A stretch of DNA of 64,000 bases, from NCBI RefSeq assembly GCF_048403405.1, contig NZ_CP183136.1. One strand, given 5' to 3'. Numbering within the stretch: the stretch's first letter is position 1; each line of letters starts with the position of its first letter. Position numbers and translations under genes: made by a program. The notes below the pieces were generated by a model that saw nothing but the letters and a program-made list of their open reading frames with translations, was not told the DNA's origin and did not search any database. This DNA is from Escherichia coli (GTDB taxonomy: Bacteria; Pseudomonadota; Gammaproteobacteria; Enterobacterales; Enterobacteriaceae). Positions 19,076 through 32,452 of the stretch are shown here, one piece after another.

Positions 19076-20448
19076 ACCTCTTCTGGTTCTTTGTGCTGCT
19101 TTACTGACGGTCACACCCGCAGCGTCAGCGGATGTGAACAGCGACATGAATCAGTTCTTTAACAAGCTGGGCTTCGCCTCCAATACCACCCAGCCGGGCG
19201 TCTGGCAGGGGCAGGCCGCCGGCTATGCTTACGGTGGCTCCCTGTATGCCCGTACTCAGGTTAAAAATGTTCATCTGATTTCCATGACGCTGCCGGATAT
19301 CAATGCCGGATGTGGCGGCATCGACGCCTATCTCGGCTCGTTCAGCTTTATTAATAGCGAGCAGTTGCAGCGTTTTGTTAAGCAGATTATGAGCAATGCT
19401 GCCGGTTACTTCTTTGACCTTGCCCTGCAGACAACGGTGCCGGAAATCAAAACCGCAAAAGACTTCCTGCAGAAAATGGCAAGCGACATTAACAGTATGA
19501 ACCTCAGTTCCTGCCAGGCGGCACAGGGGATTATCGGCGGGCTTTTCCCCCGGACGCAGGTGTCCCAGCAGAAAGTCTGTCAGGACATTGCCGGTGAGAG
19601 CAATATTTTTGCTGACTGGGCTGCTTCCCGGCAGGGATGTACCGTTGGCGGGAAATCTCGACAGCGTCAGGGATAAAGCCAGCGACAAGGATAAGGAGCG
19701 GGTGACCGAAAAACATCAACATCATGTGGAATGCGCTTTCCAAAAACAGAATGTTTGACGGCAACAAAGAGCTGAAAGAGTTTGTGATGACGCTGACCGG
19801 CTCACTGGTGTTTGGTCCCAGACGGCGAAATCACACCGCTATCGGCGCAGAACCACTGACCGCTCATATTATCCGGGCCATGATGGAAGGCGGTACAGCA
19901 AAAATTTATCACTGCAACGATTCTGACAAATGCCTGAAAGTGGTGGCAGACACACCGGTGACCATCAGCCCGGGATAATGCACTGAAGTCTCAGATTACT
20001 AAACTTCTGGCCAGCATTCAGAACAAGGCTGTCAGTGACACGCCTCTGGATGACAAGGAAAAAGGCTTTATTTCCAGTACCACCATCCCCGTCTTCAAAT
20101 ACCTGGTTGACCCGCAGATGCTCGGTGTTTCCAACAGTATGATTTACCAGCTGACGGACTATATCGGTTACGACATCCTGCTGCAGTACATTCAGGAGCT
20201 GATACAGCAGGCCCGGGCGATGGTGGCCACCGGGAAATTATCGACGAAGCAGTTATCGAACAGTATTAACTGGACAATATGAATGATGCCACCGCGGCAG
20301 ATTGCGGCGTTTCCAGTCACAGGTACAGGTGCAGCAGGATGCGCTGCTGGTCGTCGACCGTCAGATGAGCTACATGCGTCAGCAGCTTTCCGCCCGCATG
20401 CTCAGTCGTTACCAGAACAACTATCACTTCGGAGGGAGCACGCTGTGA
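19059..20448 (+). pseudogene. traH: traH (pilus assembly), frame-disrupted
   Basis: ORF 19059-19676 matches the TraH N-terminal part with signal peptide; later TraH-like segments are in other frames (for example ORF 19724-19978); stop at 20446-20448. Confidence 0.75.
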
Positions 20449-23217
20449 ATGAAGTTTATGTGATTGCCGGTGGTGAATGGTTGCGGAATAACCTGAACGC
20501 CATTGCCGCCTTTATGGGAACCAGGACGTGGGATTCCATTGAAAAAATTGCTCTCACCCTGTCTGTTGTTGCGGTGGCCTTTATGTGGGTACAGCGGCAC
20601 AACGTGATGGATTTGCTGGGCTGGGCGGCGGTGTTTGTGCTTATCAGCCTGCTGGTTAATATCCGTACGTCGGTGCAGATTATTGATAACAGTGACCTGG
20701 TCAAAGTCCATCGGGTGGATAATGTGCCGGTCGGACTGGCGATGCCACTTTCACTGACGACCCGTATCGGGCATGCAATGGTGGCCAGTTACGAGATGAT
20801 CTACACGCAACCGGACAGTTTCACCTACAGCAAAACGGGGATGCTGTTTGGCGCAGAACCTGGTATGCAAAAAGCACCGACTTTTTGTCCCGCAATCCGG
20901 AAATCGCCAATCTTTTTCAGGATTATGTGCAGAACTGTGTGATGGGGGATATTTACCTGAACCACAAATACACGCTGGAGGAGCTGATGGCCTCCGCTGA
21001 TCCCTACACGCTGATTTTTTCCCGCCCCAGTCCGCTGCGGGGCGTTTATGACAGCAATAATAATTTCGTGACCTGTAAGGACGCGTCGGTTTCGCTGAAA
21101 GACAAGCTGAATCTGGACACACAGACGTGGCGGCAAAACCTGGCATTATTATGTGCAGCAGATATTTGGCGGTCAGCCCGGATCCGGACCTGTTATTCAG
21201 TGCAACTGGTTGAGTGACAGTTACCGTTATTTCTACGGCTCCAGCCAGTCTGCCAGTCAGATCATGCGCCAGAACGTCACCATGAATGCGCTGAAGGAGG
21301 GTATCACCAGTTATGCAGCCCGTAACGGTGACTACCGCCAGCCTGGTGAATCTGGCCACCACGTCATCGATGGAGAAGCAACGTCTGGCACATGTCTCCA
21401 TTGGTCATGTGGCTGATGCGAAACACTGCCGATGGCGCAGACCATTCTGGTGGGCATTACCATCGGTATTTTCCCGCTCCTGGTACTGGCGGCTGTCTTC
21501 AACAAACTGACGCTGTCTGTTCTGAGAGGCTATGTGTTTGCCCTGATGTGGTTGCAGTCATGGCCAATGTTGTATGCCATTCTGAACAGCGCCATGACAT
21601 TTTATGCGAAGCAGAATGGTGCACCGGTGGTGCTCTCGGAAATTTCACAGATACAGCTGAAATACTCCGATCTGGCTTCCACTGCCGGGTATCTTTCCAT
21701 GATGATACCCGCCATTATCCTGGATGATGGTCAGAGGCCTTGGCGCCGGTTTTTCCAGCGTGTACAGCCATTTCGCTTCCTCTGCTATCAGCCCGACTGC
21801 CAGTGCGGCAGGCAGTGTGGTTGACGGTAATTACTCCTACGGCAACATGCAGACGGAAAACGTGAACGGCTTCAGCTGGAGCACCAACAGCACCACGTCG
21901 TTTGGTCAGATGATGTACCAGACCGGCAGTGGCGCAACTGCCACACAGACCCGTGACGGTAATATGGTGATGGATGCAAGCGGAGCGATGTCCCGTTTAC
22001 CGGTTGGTATCAATGCAACGCGTCAGATTGCAGCGGCACAACAGGAAATGGCCCGGGAGGCGTCGAACAGAGCAGAAAGCGCCCTGCATGGTTTCAGCAG
22101 CAGTATTGCCAGTGCCTGGAACACGCTCAGTCAGTTTGGTTCTAACCGGGGGAGCAGTGATTCTGTCACCGGTGGCGCTGACAGCACCATGAGTGCACAG
22201 GACTCCATGATGGCCAGCCGTATGCGCAGTGCAGTGGAAAGCTATGCGAAGGCGCATAATATCAGTAATGAGCAGGCGACTCAGGAACTGGCATCAACAG
22301 GTTCTAGGTTCTCGTCTGGCGGAATGTATGCAGATGCTCATGCTGAATGGGGGATTAAACCTGAAATTCTTGGTGTTGGTGGTGGGGTTGGTGTCAGAGG
22401 CGGGTTTAAGGGAAGTCTTGGATGCGAACGGATGATGACTCACATTCTGCAAGTAGTGGCAGCAGAGCTACCCATGATGCTCGCCATGATATTGACGCTA
22501 AAGCCAGTACAGGACTTTAAAGAAGCCAGCGATTACTTTACCAGTCGCAAGGTCAGTGAGTCCGGCAGCCATACTGACAATAATGCTGACTCCCGGGTGG
22601 ACCAGTTGTCTGCAGCCCTGAACTCAGCGAAACAGAGTTACGACCAATACACGACGAATATGACCCGCAGCCATGAATATGCGGAAATGGCCTCCCGTAC
22701 TGAAAGCATGAGCGGGCAGATGAGTGAAGACCTGTCGCAACAGTTTGCACAGTATGTGATGAAACGCGCACCGCAGGATGCAGAAGCTATTCTGACAAAT
22801 ACCAGTTCGCCGGAGATTGCAGAACGTCGTCGGGCGATGGCATGGTCTTTTGTGCAGGAACAGGTACAGCCTGGTGTTGATAATGCCTGGCGGGAATCCC
22901 GTGGCGATATTGGTAAAGGAATGGAGAGCGTACCTTCGGGTGGTGGCAGTCAGGATATTATTGCTGACCATCAGGGACATCAGGCCATTATTGAGCAAAG
23001 AACGCAGAACAGTAATATCCGTAATGATGTAAAACATCAGGTTGATAATATGGTCACAGAATATCGTGGCAATATCGGAGATACTCAGAACAGTATCCGT
23101 GGCGAGGAAAATATTGTAAGACGGGCAGTATTCTGAACTGCAAAATCATCATAAAACAGGAGGCATTATCTACAGAATAATAAATATAATGAAGAGCAAG
23201 AAACGTCAGAAGATTAA
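20445..23217 (+). pseudogene. traG: traG (mating-pair stabilisation / entry exclusion), frame-disrupted in several places
   Basis: GTG at 20445 (MNEVYVIAGG...); TraG-like translation is split over ORFs 20283-20942, 20885-21217, 21153-21416, 21432-21824 and 21724-23136; 3' end approximate. Confidence 0.75.
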
Positions 23218-23290
23218 TACCTGACGCCATCAGAAGAGGCTGTGAAAACAGATGGTGGATGATAAGAAGGATACGACTGAAGGGGCCATT

Positions 23291-23699
23291 ATGATCACTC
23301 ACTATGATATAAAAACGGAGACACAGAAACTAAAGGATGTACTCTCTGTAGAGGGAGTTAATATTCCGCCATTATTACAAGTCATAAAGCCAGGGAACTG
23401 TATGTGTTTTTATGGGTTTTATTATGGCCAACTTTTCTGCGTTTAGCTATCAGTTAAAAGTTGATGTCCGGGATGCTGGCTTTGATATATGTGCTAGTGG
23501 CATGATGGGGTTCCTCCTTTTTGTGGCCATTACAAATGGAATGATGTTATACCTTGCGATTCCTGATAGTTTCAGAAATGAGTCGAAAATAATAACTTTT
23601 ATGTATGATAAGAACAAAACTTATATCTTGTCGTTTGTGATTGTTTTTTCTATGGTTTCCTTTGCTGCATACGTATCTTATTTGGGTTTTTGCATCTAA
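23291..23699 (+). pseudogene. traS: traS (entry exclusion), frame-disrupted
   Basis: ATG at 23291 (MITHYDIK...); hydrophobic translation is split between ORFs 23252-23446 and 23412-23699. Confidence 0.55.
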
Positions 23700-23824
23700 T
23701 GATTACTATTCGTAATTATTTCTCTTGGTGTATACCATAGATATAAATCGTTATAATCTCTCTGCAATAGTCTCAGTAATAGGTCTGTTCAAAAAAGAGT
23801 CTGTTAGTTAAAAGGATATTCTGG

Positions 23825-24556
23825 ATGAAAACAAAAAAATTGATGATGGTTGCACTGGTCAGTTCCACTCTGGCCCTTTCAGGGTGTGGTGCGATGAGCA
23901 CAGCAATCAAGAAGCGTAACCTTGAGGTGAAGACTCAGATGAGTGAGACCATCTGGCTTAAACCCGCCAGCGAACGCACGGTATTTCTGCAGATCAAAAA
24001 CACGTCTGATAAAGACATGAGTGGGCTGCAGGGCAAAATTGCTGATGCTGTGAAAGCAAAAGGATATCAGGTGGTGACTTCTCCGGATGCAGCCTACTAC
24101 TGGATTCAGGCGAATGTGCTGAAGGCCGATAAGATGGATCTGCGGGAGTCTCAGGGATGGCTGAACCGTGGTTATGAAGGCGCAGCTGTTGGTGCAGCGT
24201 TAGGTGCCGGTATTACCGGCTATAACTCAAATTCTGCCGGTGCCACACTCGGTGTAGGCCTTGCTGCTGGTCTGGTGGGTATGGCTGCAGATGCGATGGT
24301 GGAAGATGTGAACTATACCATGATCACGGATGTGCAGATTGCAGAGCGTACTAAGGCAACGGTGACAACGGATAATGTTGCCGCCCTGCGTCAGGGCACA
24401 TCAGGTGCGAAAATTCAGACCAGTACTGAAACAGGTAACCAGCATAAATACCAGACCCGTGTGGTCTCAAATGCGAACAAGGTTAACCTGAAATTTGAAG
24501 AGGCGAAGCCTGTTCTCGAAGACCAGCTGGCCAAATCAATCGCAAATATTCTCTGA
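23825..24556 (+). CDS. traT: TraT, surface-exclusion outer-membrane lipoprotein
   Basis: 243-aa ORF with lipobox LALSGCGAM; matches TraT. Confidence 0.95.
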   Translation: MKTKKLMMVALVSSTLALSGCGAMSTAIKKRNLEVKTQMSETIWLKPASERTVFLQIKNTSDKDMSGLQGKIADAVKAKGYQVVTSPDAAYYWIQANVLKADKMDLRESQGWLNRGYEGAAVGAALGAGITGYNSNSAGATLGVGLAAGLVGMAADAMVEDVNYTMITDVQIAERTKATVTTDNVAALRQGTSGAKIQTSTETGNQHKYQTRVVSNANKVNLKFEEAKPVLEDQLAKSIANIL

Positions 24557-24820
24557 TTATCTTCCGGAGGCTGGTCTGACCGGCCTCCTGACTGACGCCT
24601 CGCTTTGCTCGTTGTCCAACCCCGGAAAGAAATAAAATAAATTTTATTTCTCCCCGGCGTTTCCGAAATAAATATGAAAACACTGAGCGGTTGTGCAAAT
24701 TCTTTGTGCGACCGTGAAGTGTTGCCGGCGAAGCCCGGAATTCTGAACGTGATTATTGAATCTTATTGCGATACGATGTGAATAATCAGTCCGACTGACT
24801 TTTTTCTTCGGAATATCATC

Positions 24821-27155
24821 ATGAGTTTTAACGCAAAGGATATGACCCAGGGCGGTCAGATTGCGTCCATGCGTATCCGCATGTTCAGCCAGATCGCCAA
24901 TATCATGCTTTACTGCCTGTTTATTTTTTTCTGGATACTCGTTGGTCTGGTTTTATGGGTAAAAATAAGCTGGCAGACGTTTGTGAACGGCTGTATTTAC
25001 TGGTGGTGTACCACGCTGGAAGGCATGCGGGATTTAATCAAGTCCCAGCCGGTATATGAGATCCAGTATTACGGCAAAACCTTCCGGATGAACGCTGCTC
25101 AGGTACTGCATGATAAATATATGATTTGGTGCGGAGAGCAGCTATGGTCCGCATTCGTTCTGGCCACAGTTGTGGCACTGGTTATTTGCCTGATTACCTT
25201 CTTTGTTGTCTCCTGGATTCTGGGGCGTCAGGGTAAACAACAGAGCGAAAATGAAGTCACAGGTGGTCGTCAGCTGACAGACAATCCGAAAGACGTTGCC
25301 CGGATGCTGAAAAAAGACGGCAAGGACTCCGATATCCGGATTGGCGACCTGCCGATTATCCGGGATTCCGAAATCCAGAACTTCTGTCTGCACGGCACGG
25401 TCGGGGCCGGTAAGTCGGAGGTTATCCGTCGTCTGGCCAACTACGCCCGTCAGCGCGGTGATATGGTGGTGATTTATGACCGTTCAGGGGAATTTGTTAA
25501 AAGTTACTATGATCCCTCCATCGATAAAATCCTGAATCCGCTGGATGCCCGCTGTGCCGCATGGGATTTGTGGAAGGAGTGCCTGACACAGCCGGATTTT
25601 GATAATACCGCAAATACTCTGATCCCGATGGGTACAAAAGAGGACCCGTTCTGGCAGGGTTCAGGACGTACCATTTTTGCGGAAGCGGCGTACCTGATGC
25701 GTAATGACCCCAACCGCAGCTACAGCAAACTGGTGGACACACTGCTTTCCATCAAAATCGAAAAACTGCGTACCTTCCTGCGTAATTCACCGGCGGCCAA
25801 CCTGGTGGAAGAGAAAATCGAGAAAACGGCGATTTCCATCCGTGCTGTGCTGACCAACTACGTGAAAGCCATCCGTTACCTGCAGGGGATTGAGCATAAC
25901 GGTGAGCCCTTCACCATCCGTGACTGGATGCGTGGTGTCCGGGAAGATCAGAAAAACGGCTGGCTGTTTATCTCATCGAACGCCGACACCCATGCCTCCC
26001 TGAAGCCGGTGATCTCCATGTGGCTGTCCATTGCCATTCGTGGTCTGCTGGCAATGGGAGAAAACCGTAAACGTCGTGTGTGGTTTTTCTGTGACGAGTT
26101 ACCCACGTTACACAAACTGCCGGATCTGGTGGAGATCCTGCCGGAAGCCCGTAAGTTCGGTGGCTGTTATGTGTTTGGTATCCAGTCCTATGCCCAGCTG
26201 GAAGATATCTACGGTGAGAAAGCGGCGGCCACGCTGTTTGACGTCATGAACACCCGTGCTTTTTTCCGTTCTCCCGAGCCATAAGATTGCAGAGTTCGCT
26301 GCCGGTGAGATTGGTGAGAAAGAGCACCTGAAAGCCAGCGAGCAGTATTCCTACGGTGCTGATCCGGTACGTGACGGGGTATCGACCGGTAAGGATATGG
26401 AGCGTCAGACGCTGGTCAGTTATTCCGACATTCAGTCTCTGCCGGATCTGACCTGCTATGTCACTCTGCCCGGACCGTATCCGGCAGTAAAACTCTCTCT
26501 GAAATATCAGGCACGACCGAAGGTCGCTCCGGAGTTTATTCCGCGTGACATCAACCCGGAAATGGAGAACCGTCTGAGTGCCGTACTTGCCGCAAGGGAA
26601 GCAGAAGGTCGTCAGATGGCCAGCCTCTTCGAACCGGAGGTTGCCTCCGGAGAAGATGTGACTCAGGCTGAACAGCCACAACAGCCACAACAGCCACAAC
26701 AGCCACAACAGCCACAACAGTCACAACAGCCACAACAGCCACAACAGCCACAACAGCCACAACAGCCACAACAGCCACAACAGCCACAACAGCCACAACA
26801 GCCACAACAGCCACAACAGCCACAACAGCCACAACAGCCACAACAGCCACAACAGCCACAACAGCCACAACAGCCAGTGTCTCCTGCCATCAACGATAAG
26901 AAGTCAGATGCAGGTGTGAGTGTTCCGGCAGGGGGGATCGAGCAGGAGCTGAAAATGAAACCGGAAGAAGAGATGGAACAGCAACTGCCACCCGGGATCA
27001 GTGAATCCGGTGAAGTGGTGGATATGGCCGCTTATGAGGCATGGCAACAGGAAAATCATCCGGACACCCAGCAGCAGATGCAGCGTCGTGAAGAGGTGAA
27101 CATTAATGTGCACCGGGAGCGCGGGGAGGATGTTGAGCCGGGAGATGATTTCTGA
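24821..27155 (+). pseudogene. traD: traD (coupling protein), frameshifted near 26275 as sequenced
   Basis: ORF 24821-26284 has Walker A GTVGAGKS and ends [11 protein letters not shown]; the TraD C-terminal region with the QQP repeat continues in another frame (ORF 26256-27155). Confidence 0.85.
26673..26870 (+). repeat. Tandem 9-bp repeat (CAGCCACAA, about 22 units) encoding the TraD QQP tract
   Basis: Repeat units read directly; one variant unit CAGTCACAA. Confidence 0.9.
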
Positions 27156-30100
27156 TGTTGAGTTTCAGCGTTGGTTAAATCGGCAGGCAGTGCCGGAAAC
27201 TATTACACCGACAAGGATAATTACTATGTGCTGGGCAGCATGGGAGAACGCTGGGCTGGTCAGGGGGGCTGAACAGCTTGGGACTGCAGGGCAGCGTCGA
27301 TAAGGATGTTTTTACCCGTCTTCTGGAGGGCAGGCTGCCGGACGGAGCGGATTTAAGCCGCATGCAGGATGGCAGTAATAAGCATCGTCCCGGCTACGAC
27401 CTGACCTTCTCCGCCCCCAAAAGTGTCTCCATGATGGCCATGCTCGGGGGCGATAAACGCCTGATTGATGCACATAACCAGGCCGTGGATTTTGCTGTCC
27501 GTCAGGTGGAGGCGCTGGCTTCCACACGGGTGATGACGGACGGACAGTCAGAAACGGTGCTGACCGGTAATCTGGTGATGGCACTGTTTAACCATGACAC
27601 CAGTCGCGATCAGGACCCACAGTTACACACGCATGTAGTGGTGGCTAATGTCACGCAGCATAACGGCGAGTGGAAGACACTGAGCAGTGACAAAGTGGGG
27701 AAAACCGGATTTATCCGAGAACGTGCTACGCGAACCGGATTGCGTTCGGGAAGATCTATCAGAGTGAGTTACTGTCAGCGCAGGTTGAGGCGCTGGGTTA
27801 TGAAACCGAAGTGGTCGGTAAGCACGGTATGTGGGAGATGCCGGGCGTACCGGTGGAGGCCTTTTCCAGTCGTTCACAGGCTATCAGGGAGGCCGTCGGT
27901 GAAGACGCCTCGCTGAAATCCCGGGATGTGGCGGCACTGGATACGCGAAAATCCAAACAGCACGTCGATCCGGAAATCAGAATGGCTGAATGGATGCAGA
28001 CGCTGAAGGAAACCGGGTTCGACATCCGGGCATATCGTGACGCGGCGGATCAGCGTGCGGAGACCCGCACGCAGGCGCCCGGGGCTGTTTCACAGGAGGG
28101 GCCGGATGTGCAGCAGGCGGTGACACAGGCCATTGCCGGATTAAGTGAACGAAAAGTGCAGTTTACGTACACGGACGTGCTGGCCAGAACGGTCGGTATA
28201 CTGCCGCCGGAAAATGGTGTGATTGAACGGGCACGCGCCGGTATCGATGAGGCCATCAGTCGTGAGCAGCTTATCCCCCTCGACCGTGAGAAGGGGCTGT
28301 TCACATCAGGAATTCATGTGCTCGATGAGCTGTCCGTCCGGGCACTCAGTCGTGACATCATGAAACAGAACCGGGTGACCGTACATCCGGAGAAAAGTGT
28401 CCCCCGGACGGCTGGTTACAGCGATGCGGTCAGTGTTCTGGCACAGGACCGTCCGTCGCTGGCCATTGTGTCCGGGCAGGGCGGTGCAGCCGGGCAGCGT
28501 GAGCGGGTGGCTGAACTGGTCATGATGGCCCGGGAGCAGGGGCGGGAGGTGCAGATTATCGCTGCTGACCGTCGCTCGCAGATGAACCTGAAGCAGGATG
28601 AACGGCTGTCCGGTGAGCTGATAACCGGACGTCGTCAGCTGCAGGAGGGCATGGTCTTCACGCCGGGCAGTACTGTTATCGTCGACCAGGGCGAAAAACT
28701 CTCCCTGAAAGAGACGTTAACCCTGCTGGACGGTGCCGCACGTCATAACGTACAGGTCCTGATAACCGACAGCGGGCAGCGAACCGGTACAGGCAGTGCG
28801 CTGATGGCCATGAAGGATGCCGGGGTGAACACGTATCGCTGGCAGGGCGGAGAACAGCGACCGGCAACCATCATCAGTGAACCGGACCGGAATGTCCGCT
28901 ATGACCGGCTGGCCGGAGATTTTGCGGCCAGCGTGAAAGCCGGAGAAGAGAGCGTGGCACAGGTCAGCGGGGTACGGGAACAGGCCATACTGACACAGGC
29001 CATTCGCAGTGAGCTGAAAACACAGGGCGTGCTCGGACACCCGGAGGTGACCATGACCGCCCTGTCACCGGTCTGGCTGGACAGCCGGAGCCGTTATCTG
29101 CGGGATATGTACCGACCGGGGATGGTGATGGAGCAGTGGAACCCGGAGACACGCAGTCATGACCGCTATGTTATCGACCGGGTGACGGCGCAGAGTCACA
29201 GCCTGACCCTGCGGGATGCGCAGGGCGAAACGCAGGTGGTGCGTATTTCCTCCCTGGACAGCAGCTGGTCGCTGTTCCGGCCGGAAAAAATGCCGGTGGC
29301 AGACGGCGAGCGACTGAGGGTGACAGGGAAAATTCCCGGACTCCGCGTCTCCGGCGGTGACCGCCTGCAGGTGGCATCCGTCAGTGAAGATGCGATGACG
29401 GTTGTTGTGCCGGGGCGGGCTGAACCGGCCACCCTGCCTGTGGCTGATTCACCGTTCACGGCACTGAAGCTGGAGAACGGCTGGGTGGAAACGCCCGGGC
29501 ATTCCGTCAGTGACAGTGCGACGGTGTTTGCCTCCGTCACACAGATGGCAATGGACAACGCCACCCTGAACGGTCTGGCCCGCAGCGGTCGTGATGTCCG
29601 GCTGTATTCCTCACTGGATGAAACCCGTACTGCGGAAAAACTTGCCCGCCATCCCTCCTTTACGGTGGTTTCTGAGCAGATAAAGGCGCGGGCCGGTGAG
29701 ACATCGCTGGAAACCGCTATCAGTCTGCAGAAAACCGGGCTGCACACGCCGGCACAGCAGGCCATTCATCTGGCCCTTCCTGTGCTGGAAAGTAAAAACC
29801 TGGCCTTCAGCATGGTGGACCTGCTGACAGAGGCGAAGTCGTTTGCTGCAGAAGGAACCGGTTTTACTGAACTGGGAGGGGAAATCAATGCGCAGATAAA
29901 ACGCGGTGACTTACTGTATGTGGATGTGGCAAAAGGCTATGGCACAGGCCTGCTGGTTTCTCGTGCGTCGTATGAGGCAGAAAAAAGTATTCTTCGCCAT
30001 ATTCTCGAAGGTAAGGAGGCGGTCACGCCGCTGATGGAGAGAGTACCCGGCGAACTCATGGAGACGTTAACGTCGGGACAGCGTGCCGCCACCCGTATGA

Positions 30101-32433
30101 TACTGGAAACGTCCGACCGTTTCACGGTGGTACAGGGTTATGCCGGTGTGGGTAAGACCACACAGTTCCGGGCGGTGATGTCAGCCGTGAACATGCTGCC
30201 GGCGAGTGAGCGTCCCCGAGTTGTGGGGCTGGGGCCCACGCACCGTGCGGTCGGTGAGATGCGCAGCGCCGGCGTGGATGCACAGACGCTGGCGTCCTTT
30301 CTGCATGACACGCAGCTGCAGCAGCGCAGCGGAGAAACGCCGGATTTCAGCAACACGCTGTTCCTGCTCGATGAGAGCTCAATGGTGGGCAATACCGACA
30401 TGGCACGGGCATACGCCCTGATTGCGGCCGGTGGCGGTCGTGCCGTGGCCAGTGGTGACACGGACCAGCTGCAGGCCATCGCGCCCGGTCAGCCTTTCCG
30501 TCTCCAGCAGACGCGCAGTGCTGCCGATGTGGTCATCATGAAGGAGATTGTGCGTCAGACGCCGGAACTGCGGGAGGCGGTATACAGCCTGATTAACCGG
30601 GATGTGGAAAAGGCACTGTCCGGGCTTGAGAGTGTGAAACCGTCTCAGGTGCCACGTCTGGAGGGCGCATGGGCACCGGAGCACTCCGTGACGGAGTTCA
30701 GTCACAGCCAGGAAGCGAAACTGGCAGAAGCGCAGCAGAAGGCGATGCTGAAAGGTGAGACTTTTCCGGATGTCCCCATGACACTGTATGAAGCCATTGT
30801 CCGCGACTATACCGGCAGGACACCGGAAGCACGGGAGCAGACGCTGATTGTCACGCACCTGAATGAGGACCGGCGCGTACTGAACAGCATGATTCATGAT
30901 GCACGGGAAAAGGCCGGTGAGCTGGGGCAGGAGCAGGTCATGGTGCCTGTCCTGAACACAGCGAATATACGTGACGGGGAGCTGCGTCGTCTCTCCACCT
31001 GGGAGAATAACCCGGATGCCCTTGCCCTGGTGGATAGTGTGTATCACCGGATTGCCGGTATCAGCAAGGATGACGGGCTGATAACCCTGGAGGATGCGGA
31101 AGGTAACACGCGGCTGATTTCGCCCCGGGAGGCGGTGGCTGAAGGTGTCACACTGTACACCCCGGACAAAATCCGGGTGGGGACCGGCGACCGGATGCGC
31201 TTCACGAAGAGTGACCGGGAGCGCGGTTATGTGGCCAACAGCGTCTGGACGGTGACAGCGGTTTCCGGTGACAGTGTCACGCTGTCAGACGGACAGCAGA
31301 CCCGGGTGATTCGCCCCGGCCAGGAGCGGGCAGAGCAACATATTGACCTGGCTTATGCCATCACCGCCCACGGTGCGCAGGGGGCGAGTGAAACCTTTGC
31401 CATCGCGCTTGAAGGCACGGAAGGTAACCGGAAACTGATGGCCGGCTTTGAGTCAGCCTACGTGGCCCTGTCGCGTATGAAGCAGCATGTGCAGGTGTAC
31501 ACCGATAACCGTCAGGGCTGGACGGATGCCATTAACAATGCCGTACAGAAAGGAACTGCCCACGATGTGCTGGAGCCGAAACCGGACCGGGAGGTCATGA
31601 ATGCGCAGCGGCTGTTCAGTACGGCACGGGAACTGCGGGACGTGGCGGCAGGCCGTGCCGTTCTCCGTCAGGCAGGGCTGGCCGGGGGAGACAGCCCTGC
31701 ACGGTTTATTGCACCGGGACGTAAATATCCGCAGCCGTATGTGGCACTGCCGGCGTTTGACCGTAACGGCAAGTCAGCTGGTATCTGGCTGAACCCACTG
31801 ACCACGGATGACGGAAACGGGCTGCGGGGATTCAGTGGTGAAGGACGGGTGAAAGGCAGCGGGGATGCGCAGTTCGTGGCCCTGCAGGGCAGCCGTAACG
31901 GAGAGAGCCTGCTGGCTGATAATATGCAGGATGGCGTCCGGATTGCCCGTGATAATCCTGACAGCGGTGTGGTGGTGAGAATTGCCGGTGAAGGTCGTCC
32001 GTGGAATCCCGGTGCCATCACCGGTGGCCGCGTGTGGGGGGATATCCCGGATAACAGCGTCCAGCCGGGGGCCGGAAATGGCGAACCGGTCACGGCAGAG
32101 GTACTGGCACAGCGGCAGGCTGAAGAGGCCATCCGCCGTGAAACGGAACGCCGCGCAGATGAAATTGTCAGGAAAATGGCAGAGAACAAACCTGACTTGC
32201 CGGACGGCAAAACAGAGCTGGCTGTCAGGGATATTGCCGGGCAGGAACGTGACCGGACTGCCACTTCTGAACGGGAAACCGCACTGCCGGAGAGTGTGCT
32301 GCGTGAATCACAACGGGAGCGGGAAGCGGTCCGGGAGGTTGCCCGGGAAAATCTGCTGCAGGAGCGTCTGCAGCAGATGGAGCGGGATATGGTTCGTGAC
32401 CTGCAGAAAGAGAAAACCCTGGGCGGAGACTGA
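27155..32433 (+). pseudogene. traI: traI (relaxase-helicase), N-terminal roughly 650 nt frame-disrupted; remainder intact
   Basis: ATG at 27155 overlaps the traD stop but hits TAA after 7 codons; relaxase-domain residues are spread over three frames (ORFs 27106-27303, 27278-27916); ORF 27811-32433 (1540 aa) has helicase motif GYAGVGKT. Confidence 0.85.
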
Positions 32434-32452
32434 TACAGGAAGACAAACACTG

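Noticed and set aside
26673-26870. Possible CRISPR array, also considered for the (CTGCTA) tract and the large repeats
   Set aside because: Units are 6-9 bp without spacers, or are two-copy 300-600-bp repeats; none has CRISPR repeat-spacer architecture and no cas genes are present
26551-26893. Two minus-strand ORFs (105 and 76 aa) with poly-Val-Ala or Cys-Gly-rich translations
   Set aside because: They are the traD 9-bp tandem repeat read on the opposite strand; low-complexity artefacts
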